Part shown: piece by piece, positions 40,003-50,170 of the stretch
Layout: each line of letters opens with the position of its first letter
Numbering within the stretch: the stretch's first letter is position 1
NCBI GenBank assembly: GCA_963786935.1
Contig: CAWBAN010000001.1
Location: 96,001-160,000 of the forward strand
Reading direction: 5' to 3'
DNA from: an uncultured bacterium
Lineage (GTDB): Bacteria; Krumholzibacteriota; Krumholzibacteriia; Krumholzibacteriales; Krumholzibacteriaceae
DNA length: 64,000 nt
Program-made: the position numbers and the translations under genes
The notes under the pieces: model-generated
Database searches by the model: none
Told to the model about the DNA's origin: nothing
What the model saw: the letters and a program-made list of their open reading frames with translations, nothing else

Positions 40003-41149
40003 ATGGTCGAGAAGCATCTTTTCACTTCCGAATCCGTCACGGAGGGGCATCCGGACAAGGTCGCCGATCAGATATCGGACGCGGTCGTCGATTCGATTCT
40101 CTCCGAGGATCCGACGGGCCGCGTCGCGTGCGAATGCATCGTCGCGACGGGGCTCGTCTTCGTCGCCGGGCAGATCCACACGAACACCTATATCGACATC
40201 CCCTCGACGGTGCGGGGCGTCCTGAGCGACATCGGCTACAACGATCCGCATCTCGGTTTCGATTCGGAAACGGTCGCCGTGCTGAGCTCGATCGACGAGC
40301 AGTCGGGCGACATCGCGCTCGGCGTGGACCGGGGGGGCGCGGGGGATCAGGGGATGATGTTCGGCTTCGCCTGCACGCAGACCGACGTTCTTATGCCGCT
40401 GCCGATCGTCATCGCGCACGAGCTCGTCAAAAAGCTCTCCGAGGTCCGCAAGGCGGGCGTGCTCCCGTATCTCCGGCCGGACGGCAAGTCGCAGGTCACG
40501 ATCGAGTACGAGAATCACACGCCGAAACGGGTCGCACACGGTCCTCGTCTCGGCCCAGCACGAGGACGACGTCACGCTGGAAGAGATCCGCGCCGGCCTC
40601 ACGAAGGAGATCATCCGTCCCGTCGTGTCGGCGATGAAGATCGACGCGTCGGACTACCGGATCCTCGTCAATCCGACGGGGCGCTTCGTGAAGGGCGGCC
40701 CCGCCGCCGACACGGGGCTCACGGGGCGCAAGATCATCGTGGACACGTACGGCGGCTTCGCGAGCCACGGCGGCGGCTGCTTCTCGGGGAAGGATCCGAC
40801 GAAGGTGGACCGCTCCGCCTCGTACGCGGCGCGCCACGTCGCGAAGAACATCGTCGCGGCCGGCCTCGCCGACGAGTGCACCGTGCAGATCGCCTACGCG
40901 ATCGGCGTCGCGGAGCCGATATCGGTCATGATCGACACCGCGGGGCGGGGGAAGCTCACGGACGGGAAGCTCACGAAGATCGTCCGCGACGTCTTCGATC
41001 TCACGCCGCTCGGCATCATCGAGCGGCTCAAGCTCCGGCGGGGCATCTACCGGAAATCGGCCGCCTACGGGCACTTCGGCCGGACGGAGCCCGAGTTCAC
41101 CTGGGAAGCGCTCGACATGGTCGAGACCCTGAAATCGAGAGCGAAATAG
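40003..41149 (+). CDS. metK: S-adenosylmethionine synthetase (one extra base near 40533, probable sequencing indel)
   Basis: [27 protein letters not shown]; shifted frame [32 protein letters not shown]. Confidence 0.95.
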
Positions 41150-41189
41150 CGCCGCGCCCATGGCGCCGCGCGCGGGAAAGGACGACGAG

Positions 41190-42446
41190 ATGCAGTACGA
41201 CTGCAAGGACTGAATCTGGCCGAGGCGGGGAAGAAGCGGATCGAGTGGGCGTGGGCGAATATGCCGGTGTGCAGGGCGATCAGGGCGCGCTTCGAGAAAG
41301 AGCGCCCGCTCAAGGGCGTCCGCATCGCGGCGTGCCTCCACGTGACCACCGAGACGGCGAATCTCGCGAGCGCGCTCAAGGCCGGGGGCGCCGAGGTGGC
41401 GCTCTGCGCCTCGAATCCCCTCAGCACGCAGGACGACGTCGTCGCTTCGCTCGTCGCGCACGAGAAGATCGCCACCTTCGCCGTGAAGGGGGAGGACGCC
41501 GAGCGCTACTACGGCCACATCAACGCGACGCTTGACAGCGAAGCCGACGATCACGATGGACGACGGCGCCGATCTCGTGAGCACGCTCCACACGAAGCGC
41601 ACGGAGCTCCTCGCTGGCGTGAAGGGCGGCACCGAAGAGACGACGACGGGCGTCATCCGGCTCCGCAGCATGGAGAAGAACGGCGTCCTCGACTATCCGA
41701 TCATCGCGATCAACGACGCCGAGACGAAGCATTTCTTCGACAACCGTTACGGCACCGGCCAGAGCACGATCGACGGCATCCTCCGGTCGACGAACGTGCT
41801 CTTCGCGGGCGCGCGGGTGGTCGTCCTCGGATACGGCTGGTGCGGGCGCGGCGTGGCGACGAGGGCGAAGGGGATGGGGGCGAACGTGATCGTGACCGAG
41901 ATCGATCCGCTCAAGGCGATCGAGGCGGTCATGGACGGCTTCACCGTCATGCCGGCCGACGAGGCGGCCGCGATCGGCGACGTCTTCGTCACCGTCACCG
42001 GCAACACCTCCGTCATCCGCAAGGAGCACTTCGAGAAGATGAAGGACGGCGCCGTCGTCGCGAACTCGGGGCACTTCAACGTCGAGATCGACATCCCCGC
42101 GCTCGAGAGCCTGGCCGTGGAGCGGCGGCCGACGCGCGAGAGCGTCATGCAGTACGTCCTCAAGGACGGTCGCACGATCAATCTTCTCGCCGAGGGGCGC
42201 CTCATCAATCTCGCCGCCGCCGAGGGGCACCCGGCGATGGTCATGGACATGAGCTTCGCCGATCAGCTCCTCTCGGTCGAATACCTCGTGAAGGGGAAGG
42301 CGAAGCTCGAGAAGAAGGTCTACGCCGTCCCGCGCGAGATCGACCGGACGGTCGCCGCGCTCAAGCTCGCGAGCATGGGCGTGAAGATCGACGAGCTCAC
42401 CGAGAAGCAGAAGCGCTACCTCGCGAGCTGGGAAGAGGGGACCTGA
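41190..42446 (+). CDS. ahcY: adenosylhomocysteinase (frameshifts near 41210 and 41538, probable sequencing indels)
   Basis: [58 protein letters not shown]. Confidence 0.95.
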
Positions 42447-42493
42447 CAGCCCTGCTCCCGCGAAACGCGCTCGGGCGGCATCGAAACTCCGGC

Positions 42494-42518
42494 CCCGGCC
42501 CCTCGGCCGGGGTCTTTC
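42494..42518 (+). terminator. hairpin after ahcY
   Basis: CCCCGGCC-CCTC-GGCCGGGG then TCTTT, between convergent genes. Confidence 0.55.
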
Positions 42519-44067
42519 ATTCGACGATGGAAAACGTTGCGGATTGCTCGGCGGTTCTCCGCGTCCGCAGGTCGGTCACCGACACATCCAGCCTGAACGG
42601 TCCCTGCCAGAGCTCCTCCGTGGCGATCGAGAGCCGCTGGGGCTGCATGTTCCCGTATCCGCTCGTCTCGAACGAGGAGCTGATCGTCACCGGGACGCCC
42701 TTCAGGATCGGTCCCCATCGCCGCTTCTCGAGCGGGAAGATTTGATATTCGACCCGGTAGGAAGCGATTCCCTCATCATCGGTGCCGAGACCGTAGATCT
42801 CGAAGTAGAACATGACCGGAGACGGCATCCGGTAGGCCCGGATGGGATGCGGCACTACCTGCACGCTGCCCTTGACGAAGCGTCGGTTCTCCCCGGTCTC
42901 CTCGATGGCGCTCGCGAACTGGATGTCGCTGATCGACGGCGAGCCGGTATAGGCGGGGACGTCCACCTTCGTCCGGTATGCCGTCCGCCGGTTCGAGCTC
43001 AGCCCCCGTGCCTCGATGCCGATCTCGTAGCGCCCCGGCTCGAGGGCGAGGACGATTTGGCCCGGGACCAGCGCCGGCGCCTCCGATCCGGGAGCCGCTC
43101 CGGTGCCGGAGACCGCCGGGGCGGTGACGCAATCCTCTCCCGAGGCGACCTTCGCGAGATTCTCGTCGCGCACGAGAACGCGAAGCTCGATCTCCTCACC
43201 GGCCGCCGCGCCGCTCACGCCGGGGACCGGCCCCCCCGGCGGCACCTCGAAGCTCACCTCGAGGCGATCGTGCCAGTCCCCTCCGCGGAAGGTCGCGACG
43301 TCGAAGTAGAGGGGAATCGGCTGCCATTCGGTGTCGCACGAGTAGAGGGCCGCGAATCGCTCCATGCAAATGCGGAAGTTCTCGTCGGCGTGCCGCGCCT
43401 TCATGCCCTCGAGCTCCGCGATCATGTACGGAAAAGTGATCGCCTCCATGAGGCGCAGGTCCTCGTCGGCGGTGTAATCCGGACCCGGCGGCTCGAACGG
43501 ACCTCTCATGCCAATCGGGGCGGAATGCCCCGGCGGTTTCGAAACCCTCTGCGGGGTCGCATAGGTGAACCGGCCCTTGAGGTTGATGTCGACGAATTGG
43601 ACGCTCATGTTGAGCGCGGCGTAGTACCAGGCCTGCGAGGGGAGCGTGAGCCCGTGGGCGGTCACGTCCCCCATGACTTTTGCGCGGTAGCTCGGCTCCC
43701 CGAACCGGATATAGATCTCGCCGCGGCCGTCCCAGCCGGGAGGGTCCGTCATTCGGAAGAGCTCCCGGGCCTTCTTGACGCGCTGCTCGTGCTCGGAGCG
43801 TGCCTCGTTCTCATCGGTTGTCGGCGTCGGATCGACCGAGAGCCAGAACCGCTCGAGCCACTGCGCGCGTTCGTCGGGCGTCGGGAGCGAGAGATACTCC
43901 AGCTTGTCGGAGTCGCCCAGGAGATACTGCAGGCCGTAGTACGAGGCGCGCTCGTCGGCGGCGAGATTCGCGAGCAGCTTGCCCTCGCCCTTGAAGCTCT
44001 CGGAAGCGACGCGAGAGGCAAGAGAGGCGCCGAGAAGGATCGCGCATATGAAGAAGTATCTCTTCAT
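42517..44067 (-). CDS. exported GWxTD-domain protein (paralog 1)
   Basis: Signal peptide; FWLSVDPTPTTDENE..EH..RV, GWDGRGEIYIRFGEP, WYY. Confidence 0.85.
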   Translation of the reverse strand: MKRYFFICAILLGASLASRVASESFKGEGKLLANLAADERASYYGLQYLLGDSDKLEYLSLPTPDERAQWLERFWLSVDPTPTTDENEARSEHEQRVKKARELFRMTDPPGWDGRGEIYIRFGEPSYRAKVMGDVTAHGLTLPSQAWYYAALNMSVQFVDINLKGRFTYATPQRVSKPPGHSAPIGMRGPFEPPGPDYTADEDLRLMEAITFPYMIAELEGMKARHADENFRICMERFAALYSCDTEWQPIPLYFDVATFRGGDWHDRLEVSFEVPPGGPVPGVSGAAAGEEIELRVLVRDENLAKVASGEDCVTAPAVSGTGAAPGSEAPALVPGQIVLALEPGRYEIGIEARGLSSNRRTAYRTKVDVPAYTGSPSISDIQFASAIEETGENRRFVKGSVQVVPHPIRAYRMPSPVMFYFEIYGLGTDDEGIASYRVEYQIFPLEKRRWGPILKGVPVTISSSFETSGYGNMQPQRLSIATEELWQGPFRLDVSVTDLRTRRTAEQSATFSIVE

Positions 44068-44169
44068 GACGAATCCGCGATGCACGGCGGACGCAATGCC
44101 GGCCGAAGCCTGTTGTTCCGTGGGATCCCTGTAGAGAAGATACGTGGAAGAAAGAGCGGCGCCAAGCGA

Positions 44170-45672
44170 TTACTTGAGGATCGAAAAATCCTCGCTCTTC
44201 GTCGCCGTGCGGAAGGTGCGCCGGTCGGTGACCGTCACTTCCAATCTGAACGGCCCCTTCCAGAGCTCCTTCGTCGCGATCGAGAGCCGTTGCGGCTGCG
44301 TCGATCCGGAGCCGCTCGTCTCGAACGACGAGCTGATCGCCGCCGATGTCTTTTCGAGAACGAGGCCGCGCCGGCGTTTCTCGAGCGGGACGATCTTGTA
44401 TTCGACCCGGTAAAAGGCTCTTCCCTCCTGGTCGGTATCGAGCCCGTAGATCTCGAAGTAGAAGCTGACCGGGAACGGCATGCGGTACGCGCGCACCGGA
44501 TGGGGCACGACCTGCACGGTCCCCTTCGCGAACCTCGTTCCCGGTTCCACGTCTCGAATGCTGCTCGCGAATTGTATGTCGCTGATTCCGGGGGAACCGT
44601 TCTGCGGAGCGATCTCGATATTCTTCATGAAGGCCGCTCTCTTCTTCGTATAGTTGTCGTATGCCTCGAGGCCCATCCAGTAGTGCCCGGGCTTCAGTTG
44701 AAGCGCGACCTGGCCGGGAATGAGCATCTGAACCGGTTCCGAGCCGGCGGTGATCCTGACACGATCGCGCTGGAACGCGATCTTCCGCATCGTCGAATCC
44801 CTTACGAGCACCCTGAACTCCACCGCGGCGCCGCGGTCTTCTCCCTGACCGAAGAATTGTATTTCCCGCGAGGGAACTTCGAAATCGATCTCCGTCCGGA
44901 GCGATCGATCGAGGTTCCTGAAGGTTGCGACGTCGATATAGCAGTGGAGCTTCTCCTCGAGATCGCAGGGGTGGATGAAAGGACGTTGCTCGATGTTCCG
45001 GTATATCTCGTTCTCCTGCGGGGGCCAATCCTCGGGATGATAATCTCCATCGGGATTCATCATCCGCGCCATTTCAAGGTTGAGATCAAAATCGGCGCAG
45101 TAATCGGGTTCGGCAGGCACCACGTAAAGAGGGTTTCCTTTGTCAAACCACGACACCGGATCCCCGGAACAGATATATTCCCCCTCGATATTGCGCTGGA
45201 AATGCACGACCATGCGGGGCGCGGGATAATACCAGATCTCCCCCGACGACACGTAGGTGCTCGGAGTGACGTCTTCGGCGGTCCTCGTCACGTTCGCCGG
45301 TTCCCCGTAACGGATGAGAACCTCACCCCGGTTGTCCCATCCGGGGGCCGCGCGCGAGCCGTATCGCTCGCGCGCGAGGAGCACACGGCGCTCGTGCTCG
45401 GTGCGTCTCTCGTTCGCGGCGGTGGTCGGTGTGGGATCGAGCCCGATCCAGAATCGCCCGGTCCATTTGGAGCGTTCCCGAGCGTTCGGGAGCCCCAGGT
45501 ATTCCCGCATTTGATCCGGACTCATGAGGATCTGCAGCTCGAAATAGGTTGCGCATTCCTGGGGCGGGAGCCCGGCGAGGAGGGAATCCTGTTCAGAAAT
45601 GACCTGCGGTAGGGCCGGTGCAGGCAGGAACGCCGCGAGCAGAATGCCGCTTATGAGCGCGCATCTCGCCAT
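44170..45672 (-). CDS. exported GWxTD-domain protein (paralog 2)
   Basis: Signal peptide; FWIGLDPTPTTAANE..EH..RV, GWDNRGEVLIRYGEP. Confidence 0.85.
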   Translation of the reverse strand: MARCALISGILLAAFLPAPALPQVISEQDSLLAGLPPQECATYFELQILMSPDQMREYLGLPNARERSKWTGRFWIGLDPTPTTAANERRTEHERRVLLARERYGSRAAPGWDNRGEVLIRYGEPANVTRTAEDVTPSTYVSSGEIWYYPAPRMVVHFQRNIEGEYICSGDPVSWFDKGNPLYVVPAEPDYCADFDLNLEMARMMNPDGDYHPEDWPPQENEIYRNIEQRPFIHPCDLEEKLHCYIDVATFRNLDRSLRTEIDFEVPSREIQFFGQGEDRGAAVEFRVLVRDSTMRKIAFQRDRVRITAGSEPVQMLIPGQVALQLKPGHYWMGLEAYDNYTKKRAAFMKNIEIAPQNGSPGISDIQFASSIRDVEPGTRFAKGTVQVVPHPVRAYRMPFPVSFYFEIYGLDTDQEGRAFYRVEYKIVPLEKRRRGLVLEKTSAAISSSFETSGSGSTQPQRLSIATKELWKGPFRLEVTVTDRRTFRTATKSEDFSILK

Positions 45673-45725
45673 GACACTCTCAATAGACGAACGGCAGGAG
45701 CGATCTCCGCCACCGATGCGAGAAT

Positions 45726-47356
45726 CTATTTTAAAATCGAGAAGTCCTCGCTCTTCGTCGCCGTGCGGAAGGTGCGCCGGTCGGTGACCGTCACGATGAG
45801 GCGGAACTTCCCCTCCCAGAGATTATCGGACGCGACCGAGATCCGCTGGGGCTGCGCGGCGCCGTAGCCGCTCGTCTCGAACGAGGAGCTGATCGCCGCC
45901 GGCACGTCCTCGAGGACGGGGCCGCGCCGGCGCTTCTCGAGCGGGATGATCCGGTATTCGACGCGGTAAAACGCGATCCCCTCCGGATCGGGATCGAGCC
46001 CGTAGATCTCGAAATACATCCACAGGGGGAACGGCTTGCGGTACACGTGCGCCGGGTGCGGAACGACCTGCAGGTTGCCCTTGACGAAATCCTGATTCGC
46101 CTCGGTTTCCCGGATGGCGCTCGCGAACTGGATGTCGCTCACCGACGGCGAGGCGCCGTAGGGGGCGAGCTCCACGTTCGTTCGATACGCCGCGCGCCGC
46201 CCCGACGTCAGGTCGCGCGCCTCGATGCCGATCCGGTAGTAGCCGGGCTCGAGCGCGAGCACGATCTGCCCCGGCACGAGGGCCGGCGGGCGGGCTTTAT
46301 CCCCCGCGCCGGTCACCGTCGGCCGCGCCGTGTCGACGGCGGCGGCGATCTCCCGGTCATCGACGTCCCGGACGAGCACGCGGAACTCGACGTCCGCCGC
46401 CAGCGCCCCCCCCGCTGCGTGAACTGCAGCTCGCTTGTGGGGACCTCGAAGCTGATCTCGGTGCGCAGCGTCCGCTCCCCGCCGCGGAAGGACGCGATAT
46501 CGAAGTAGAGCGGGAGGAGCTTCTGGTCGAGCTCGAAGGAATAGATCGTCGGCCGCTCGTCGAGCGCGGCGAAGAAATTGTTGATCGCCTCGAAGACCTT
46601 TTCCGCCTCGATCTGCGCGATGCGGTCCTGGAGCGTGTACATGCGCGTATCGACGCTCGCCGAGTAATCGATCTCGTCGGGATTGAAATCGACGAGATCC
46701 TTCACCTCGTCGGGGCTCATGAACTGCGTGGGGAACATCTCGGTGAGGACGCCGTACTTCATGAGGCCGCTGATGTTCTGGTTGCGCTCGAGCTCGCGCC
46801 GGGAGGAGCGGCCCGCGGGATTGTTGTAGAAGACGTACTCGCCCTTGAGATTGACGTTCCGGAACTGGACGAGCATGTCGAGCGAGCTGTAGTACCAGAT
46901 TTCGCCCGGCGCGGTCAAGCCGGAGAAGGACACGGTGCCCCACGTCTGCGTGCGGTTGCCCGGGAGGCCGTAGCGGATGAGCGTCTCGCCGCGCCGGTCC
47001 CAGCCGGGCGCCTTCGACATGCCGAAGAGCTTCCGCGCGAGGGCGGCCCGCTTCTCGTGCTCCGCGCGCCGCTCGTTATACGGCGTCGCCGGCGTCGGAT
47101 CGAGGTCGACCCAGAATCGCTCGAACCACTCGGCGCGCTCCGCGGTCGTCGGGAGCGAGAGGTACGCCTTGCGCTGATAATCGTTCATGAAATACTGGGC
47201 GGCGAAGTAGGCGTAGCGCTCTTCGCCCGAGAGCTTCTTGAGGAGCGCGATCTCGCCGGGGAACGAATCCTTCATGCCGCGCGCGGGCGCGGGAGCGGCG
47301 ACGACGATGACCGCGGCGGCGATCGCGGAGAGGAGCGTGCACACGGTTCGCATCAT
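45726..47356 (-). CDS. exported GWxTD-domain protein (paralog 3; frameshift in C8 run 46406-46413)
   Basis: FWVDLDPTPATPYNE..EH..R, GWDRRGETLIRYGLP; paralog-like C-terminus in shifted frame; ATGA overlap with lptG stop. Confidence 0.85.
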
Positions 47357-48432
47357 TGATTCGCCCGGTAGAGGAGCATCCCGCCGATCACGACGAACAC
47401 GATGTTTCCCATCCACGCGCCGAAGAGCGGATCGATGACGCCGCTGTGCCCGAGCCCCTGCCCGATCCGCAGCACCCCGTAGTAGGTGAAGCTGATCAGG
47501 AGCGTCAGCCCGAATCCCGTCGCCATCGAGGGCTTCCGCTTCGCGGATGAGAGCGCGGCGCCGATCAGCGCGAAGATGAGGCTCGTGAACGGGAAGCTGA
47601 ATTTAACATAGAGGTCGACGCGGTACTTGTCAATATCGCCGCCGCTCCGGGCGAGCTTGTCGATGTACGCCCCGAGCCGGCGGAAGTCCATCTCCTCGGG
47701 CGCGATCTCCTCCTTGGAAAAATCCTCGGGGCGTTCGGGCAGCTCCTTCATGGACAGCTTCGCGAACGTCGCGATCCGCTCCCCGTCCTTCGTGAACTCC
47801 CGGACGGCGCCGTCGATGAACACCCACTCCGCCCCGTCCCAGAACGCCTTCTTCGCGTCGATCCGGCGGTCGAGGTTTCCCTCGCGGTATTCGTACAGCA
47901 CGACGTTCATGAGCGCCTTGAGCATGACGTCGTACGTCTCGGCGTAATACGTCCGCTCGTGCTCCCCCTGGTAGTGCACGTTCGACCGGTAGCGCGACGT
48001 GTCCTCTTCCTTCATCTCCTCGATCTTGACGCGTTTGATCCGCATGCTCTTCCGGTTCGCGTCGGGCACGACGAACTCCCCGAAAACCATCACGAGGAGA
48101 CTGATGAAGAGGGCCGAGACGATGATCGGCGCCGCGACCCGGACGAGCGGCGTGCCCGACGCGATGAAGGCGGTGAGCTCGTTCTGCTTCGAGAGCCTTC
48201 CGAGCGAGAAGACGGCGGCGAGCAGCACCGCGACGGGCATGATGAGGGTGATGATCCAGGGAATCTTGAAGGCGTAGAAGAGGACGATGTCGGCGAACCG
48301 CGCGTGGTGGTCGATGTACGTGTTGATCTGCTCGGTCACGTCGACGGTGACGTAGATCACCGTGAAGGCGAGGAGCCCGATCGCGAGGTTGCGCCAGAAA
48401 TCGCCGAGGACGTATCGATCATGAATCCGCAC
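47353..48432 (-). CDS. lptG: LPS export permease LptG (LptF/G family)
   Basis: DRYV, LGRLSKQNELTAFIASG, KFSFPF, GAWMGNIVF. Confidence 0.85.
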   Translation of the reverse strand: MRIHDRYVLGDFWRNLAIGLLAFTVIYVTVDVTEQINTYIDHHARFADIVLFYAFKIPWIITLIMPVAVLLAAVFSLGRLSKQNELTAFIASGTPLVRVAAPIIVSALFISLLVMVFGEFVVPDANRKSMRIKRVKIEEMKEEDTSRYRSNVHYQGEHERTYYAETYDVMLKALMNVVLYEYREGNLDRRIDAKKAFWDGAEWVFIDGAVREFTKDGERIATFAKLSMKELPERPEDFSKEEIAPEEMDFRRLGAYIDKLARSGGDIDKYRVDLYVKFSFPFTSLIFALIGAALSSAKRKPSMATGFGLTLLISFTYYGVLRIGQGLGHSGVIDPLFGAWMGNIVFVVIGGMLLYRANQ

Positions 48433-49810
48433 GGCGCCACCATCCCGCGGGATTGAGCCGCGCCCAGTCGACCAGGGCGCCTTCCCGGTTCGTTTGACGG
48501 AGAATGACCACGGCGACGGCGAGGAAGACGATGTTCGCGAGCCACATCGCGAGCCACGGCTCCATGAGGCGCCGGTCCGCGAGCTTCTCGCCGCCGATGA
48601 GGAATATGTAGTAGACGAGGAAGAGAAGAATGCTGAAGCCGATGGAGATCGTCATGCCCCGCTTCCCCGACCGGATCGCGAGCGGCGCGCCGAGGAGCAC
48701 GAAGATGACGCAGCTGAACGGGAGCGCGAACTTCTTGTTTATCTCGACGCCGTACCGGTTGATCTGGCGCAGGTTCGAGTCGAGGGCGTAGGTCTGGGTC
48801 TCGAGAATCTGCTGGATCTGCTCCGCCTCGTTTTGGACCCGGGGGACGGCGCGGACCGCGCCGGGCTCGAGGGGCGCGGGAGGAGGGCCGGCGTTCGGAG
48901 AGAGGGAGCGGGCGTCCGGCGCGACGCGGGCGAAGACGGAAATCACGTTGTCGAGCGCGACCTGATTCATGTGCGCGCGCGTCGAACCGCTCGTGAGCGC
49001 GTATTCGAGGATCTTCGCGCGCATCATCCCCACCGTCATTTCCCGGTCGTTGCGGTGCGTGCGGTCGGAACGCTTGAGCGTCCGCTCGGTATCCTGGATG
49101 TTGAGCGTGAAGTGCCGGAAGAGCGTCCGGCGGTACGTTTTGATGTCCGCGGGATCGGGCATCTCGTGTATCTCGCCGTCGTCGAGCTCGAAGCGCAGTA
49201 CGCCTTCGCTTTCGCGATACATCATGCGGCCGCCCGTCGCGATGATCGATCTCGGCACGCCTCCCCTGAGCTCGAATATCTGCACCCCTTTGATCTCGCC
49301 TGTTTTGTCGTCCTTCTCGCGCACGAGGATCGTGTACCCCGGCAGGGCGTCTGAGAACATGTTCTCCTTGATCTGGAGCGTCGGTTTCATGCGGCCGATG
49401 TCGAGCATGAGGTTCATGAGCCGGTGGTTGCTCTCGGGCAGCAGCATGTTGAAGTAGAATACGAGCGCGATCGTCAGGCCCGCCGAGGCCGCGAGCACGG
49501 GAACGATCATGCGGTACAGCGACACGCCGCTCGATTTCATGGCCGTAACTTCGTTGTCGGCTGCGAGTTGACCGAACGCCATGAGGGTCGCCGGCATCAC
49601 GGCCATTGGTATAATTAATGCGAACATATGACCGAGACTCAGCGTGAAAAACTCGATAATGGTGAGCGCGCTGACCCCTTTTCCGATGAACTTGTCGAGC
49701 CATCGGATGATGAAATCCATGACGAAGACAAAGGTGATGATCGCGAGGCTGAAGAAGTAGGGACCGACATGGTTCGAGAGGATATAGCGGTCGAGTTTTC
49801 GTATTCTCAT
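48419..49810 (-). CDS. lptF: LPS export permease LptF (LptF/G family)
   Basis: LDRYIL, FGQLAADNEVTAMKSSGVS, VEINKKFALPF, AMWLAN. Confidence 0.88.
   Translation of the reverse strand: MRIRKLDRYILSNHVGPYFFSLAIITFVFVMDFIIRWLDKFIGKGVSALTIIEFFTLSLGHMFALIIPMAVMPATLMAFGQLAADNEVTAMKSSGVSLYRMIVPVLAASAGLTIALVFYFNMLLPESNHRLMNLMLDIGRMKPTLQIKENMFSDALPGYTILVREKDDKTGEIKGVQIFELRGGVPRSIIATGGRMMYRESEGVLRFELDDGEIHEMPDPADIKTYRRTLFRHFTLNIQDTERTLKRSDRTHRNDREMTVGMMRAKILEYALTSGSTRAHMNQVALDNVISVFARVAPDARSLSPNAGPPPAPLEPGAVRAVPRVQNEAEQIQQILETQTYALDSNLRQINRYGVEINKKFALPFSCVIFVLLGAPLAIRSGKRGMTISIGFSILLFLVYYIFLIGGEKLADRRLMEPWLAMWLANIVFLAVAVVILRQTNREGALVDWARLNPAGWWRRADS
49607..49615 (+). promoter_or_regulatory. extended -10 element antisense within lptF, facing sprA
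   Basis: TGGTATAAT exact TGnTATAAT; built from rare lptF codons TTA ATT ATA CCA. Confidence 0.5.
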
Positions 49811-50170
49811 AGGCTTAAGCGTCCGTCACCGGCCGGGAAAAAGCAAGATTGATGCCTCGCGCGCGAGGCCGGGCGACCCCATCCCCGGCGATCGCCGCGA
49901 GGCGCGAAAATAGAGATCGTGCTCGCCCCGTCCCCCGTTCCGCCGCTCGCCGAAGGCGCAATGGGGGAGGGGGGTACGTGTATTGTTTTGTGGACGAAGA
50001 GCGCCATTTCTGTCTCTTTTCCGGGACACCCCCGTGCGCCCGGTTCGGCGTCTCGCCCCTGAAGGAACGACGATCGACGTGTCGAATGTAACACAGAGCC
50101 GTCCGGCGATGACAGCCTTTTCTCCCTCGCGGCGCCCGACGAGGCACGGCGGGGCGCTCCGTGCAGGTGG

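Noticed and set aside
41190..41230. TGA near the ahcY start as selenocysteine or recoding
   Set aside because: Homology continues in a different frame; one missing C explains it. Other genes use TGA as a normal stop
42520..46150. Diversity-generating retroelement TR/VR among the GWxTD 3' repeats
   Set aside because: All copies are inside coding paralogs, differences are not visibly adenine-specific, and no reverse transcriptase is in the window
49811..50170. Structured ncRNA or riboswitch in the lptF-sprA spacer
   Set aside because: GC-rich hairpins are possible but no family signature was recognisable
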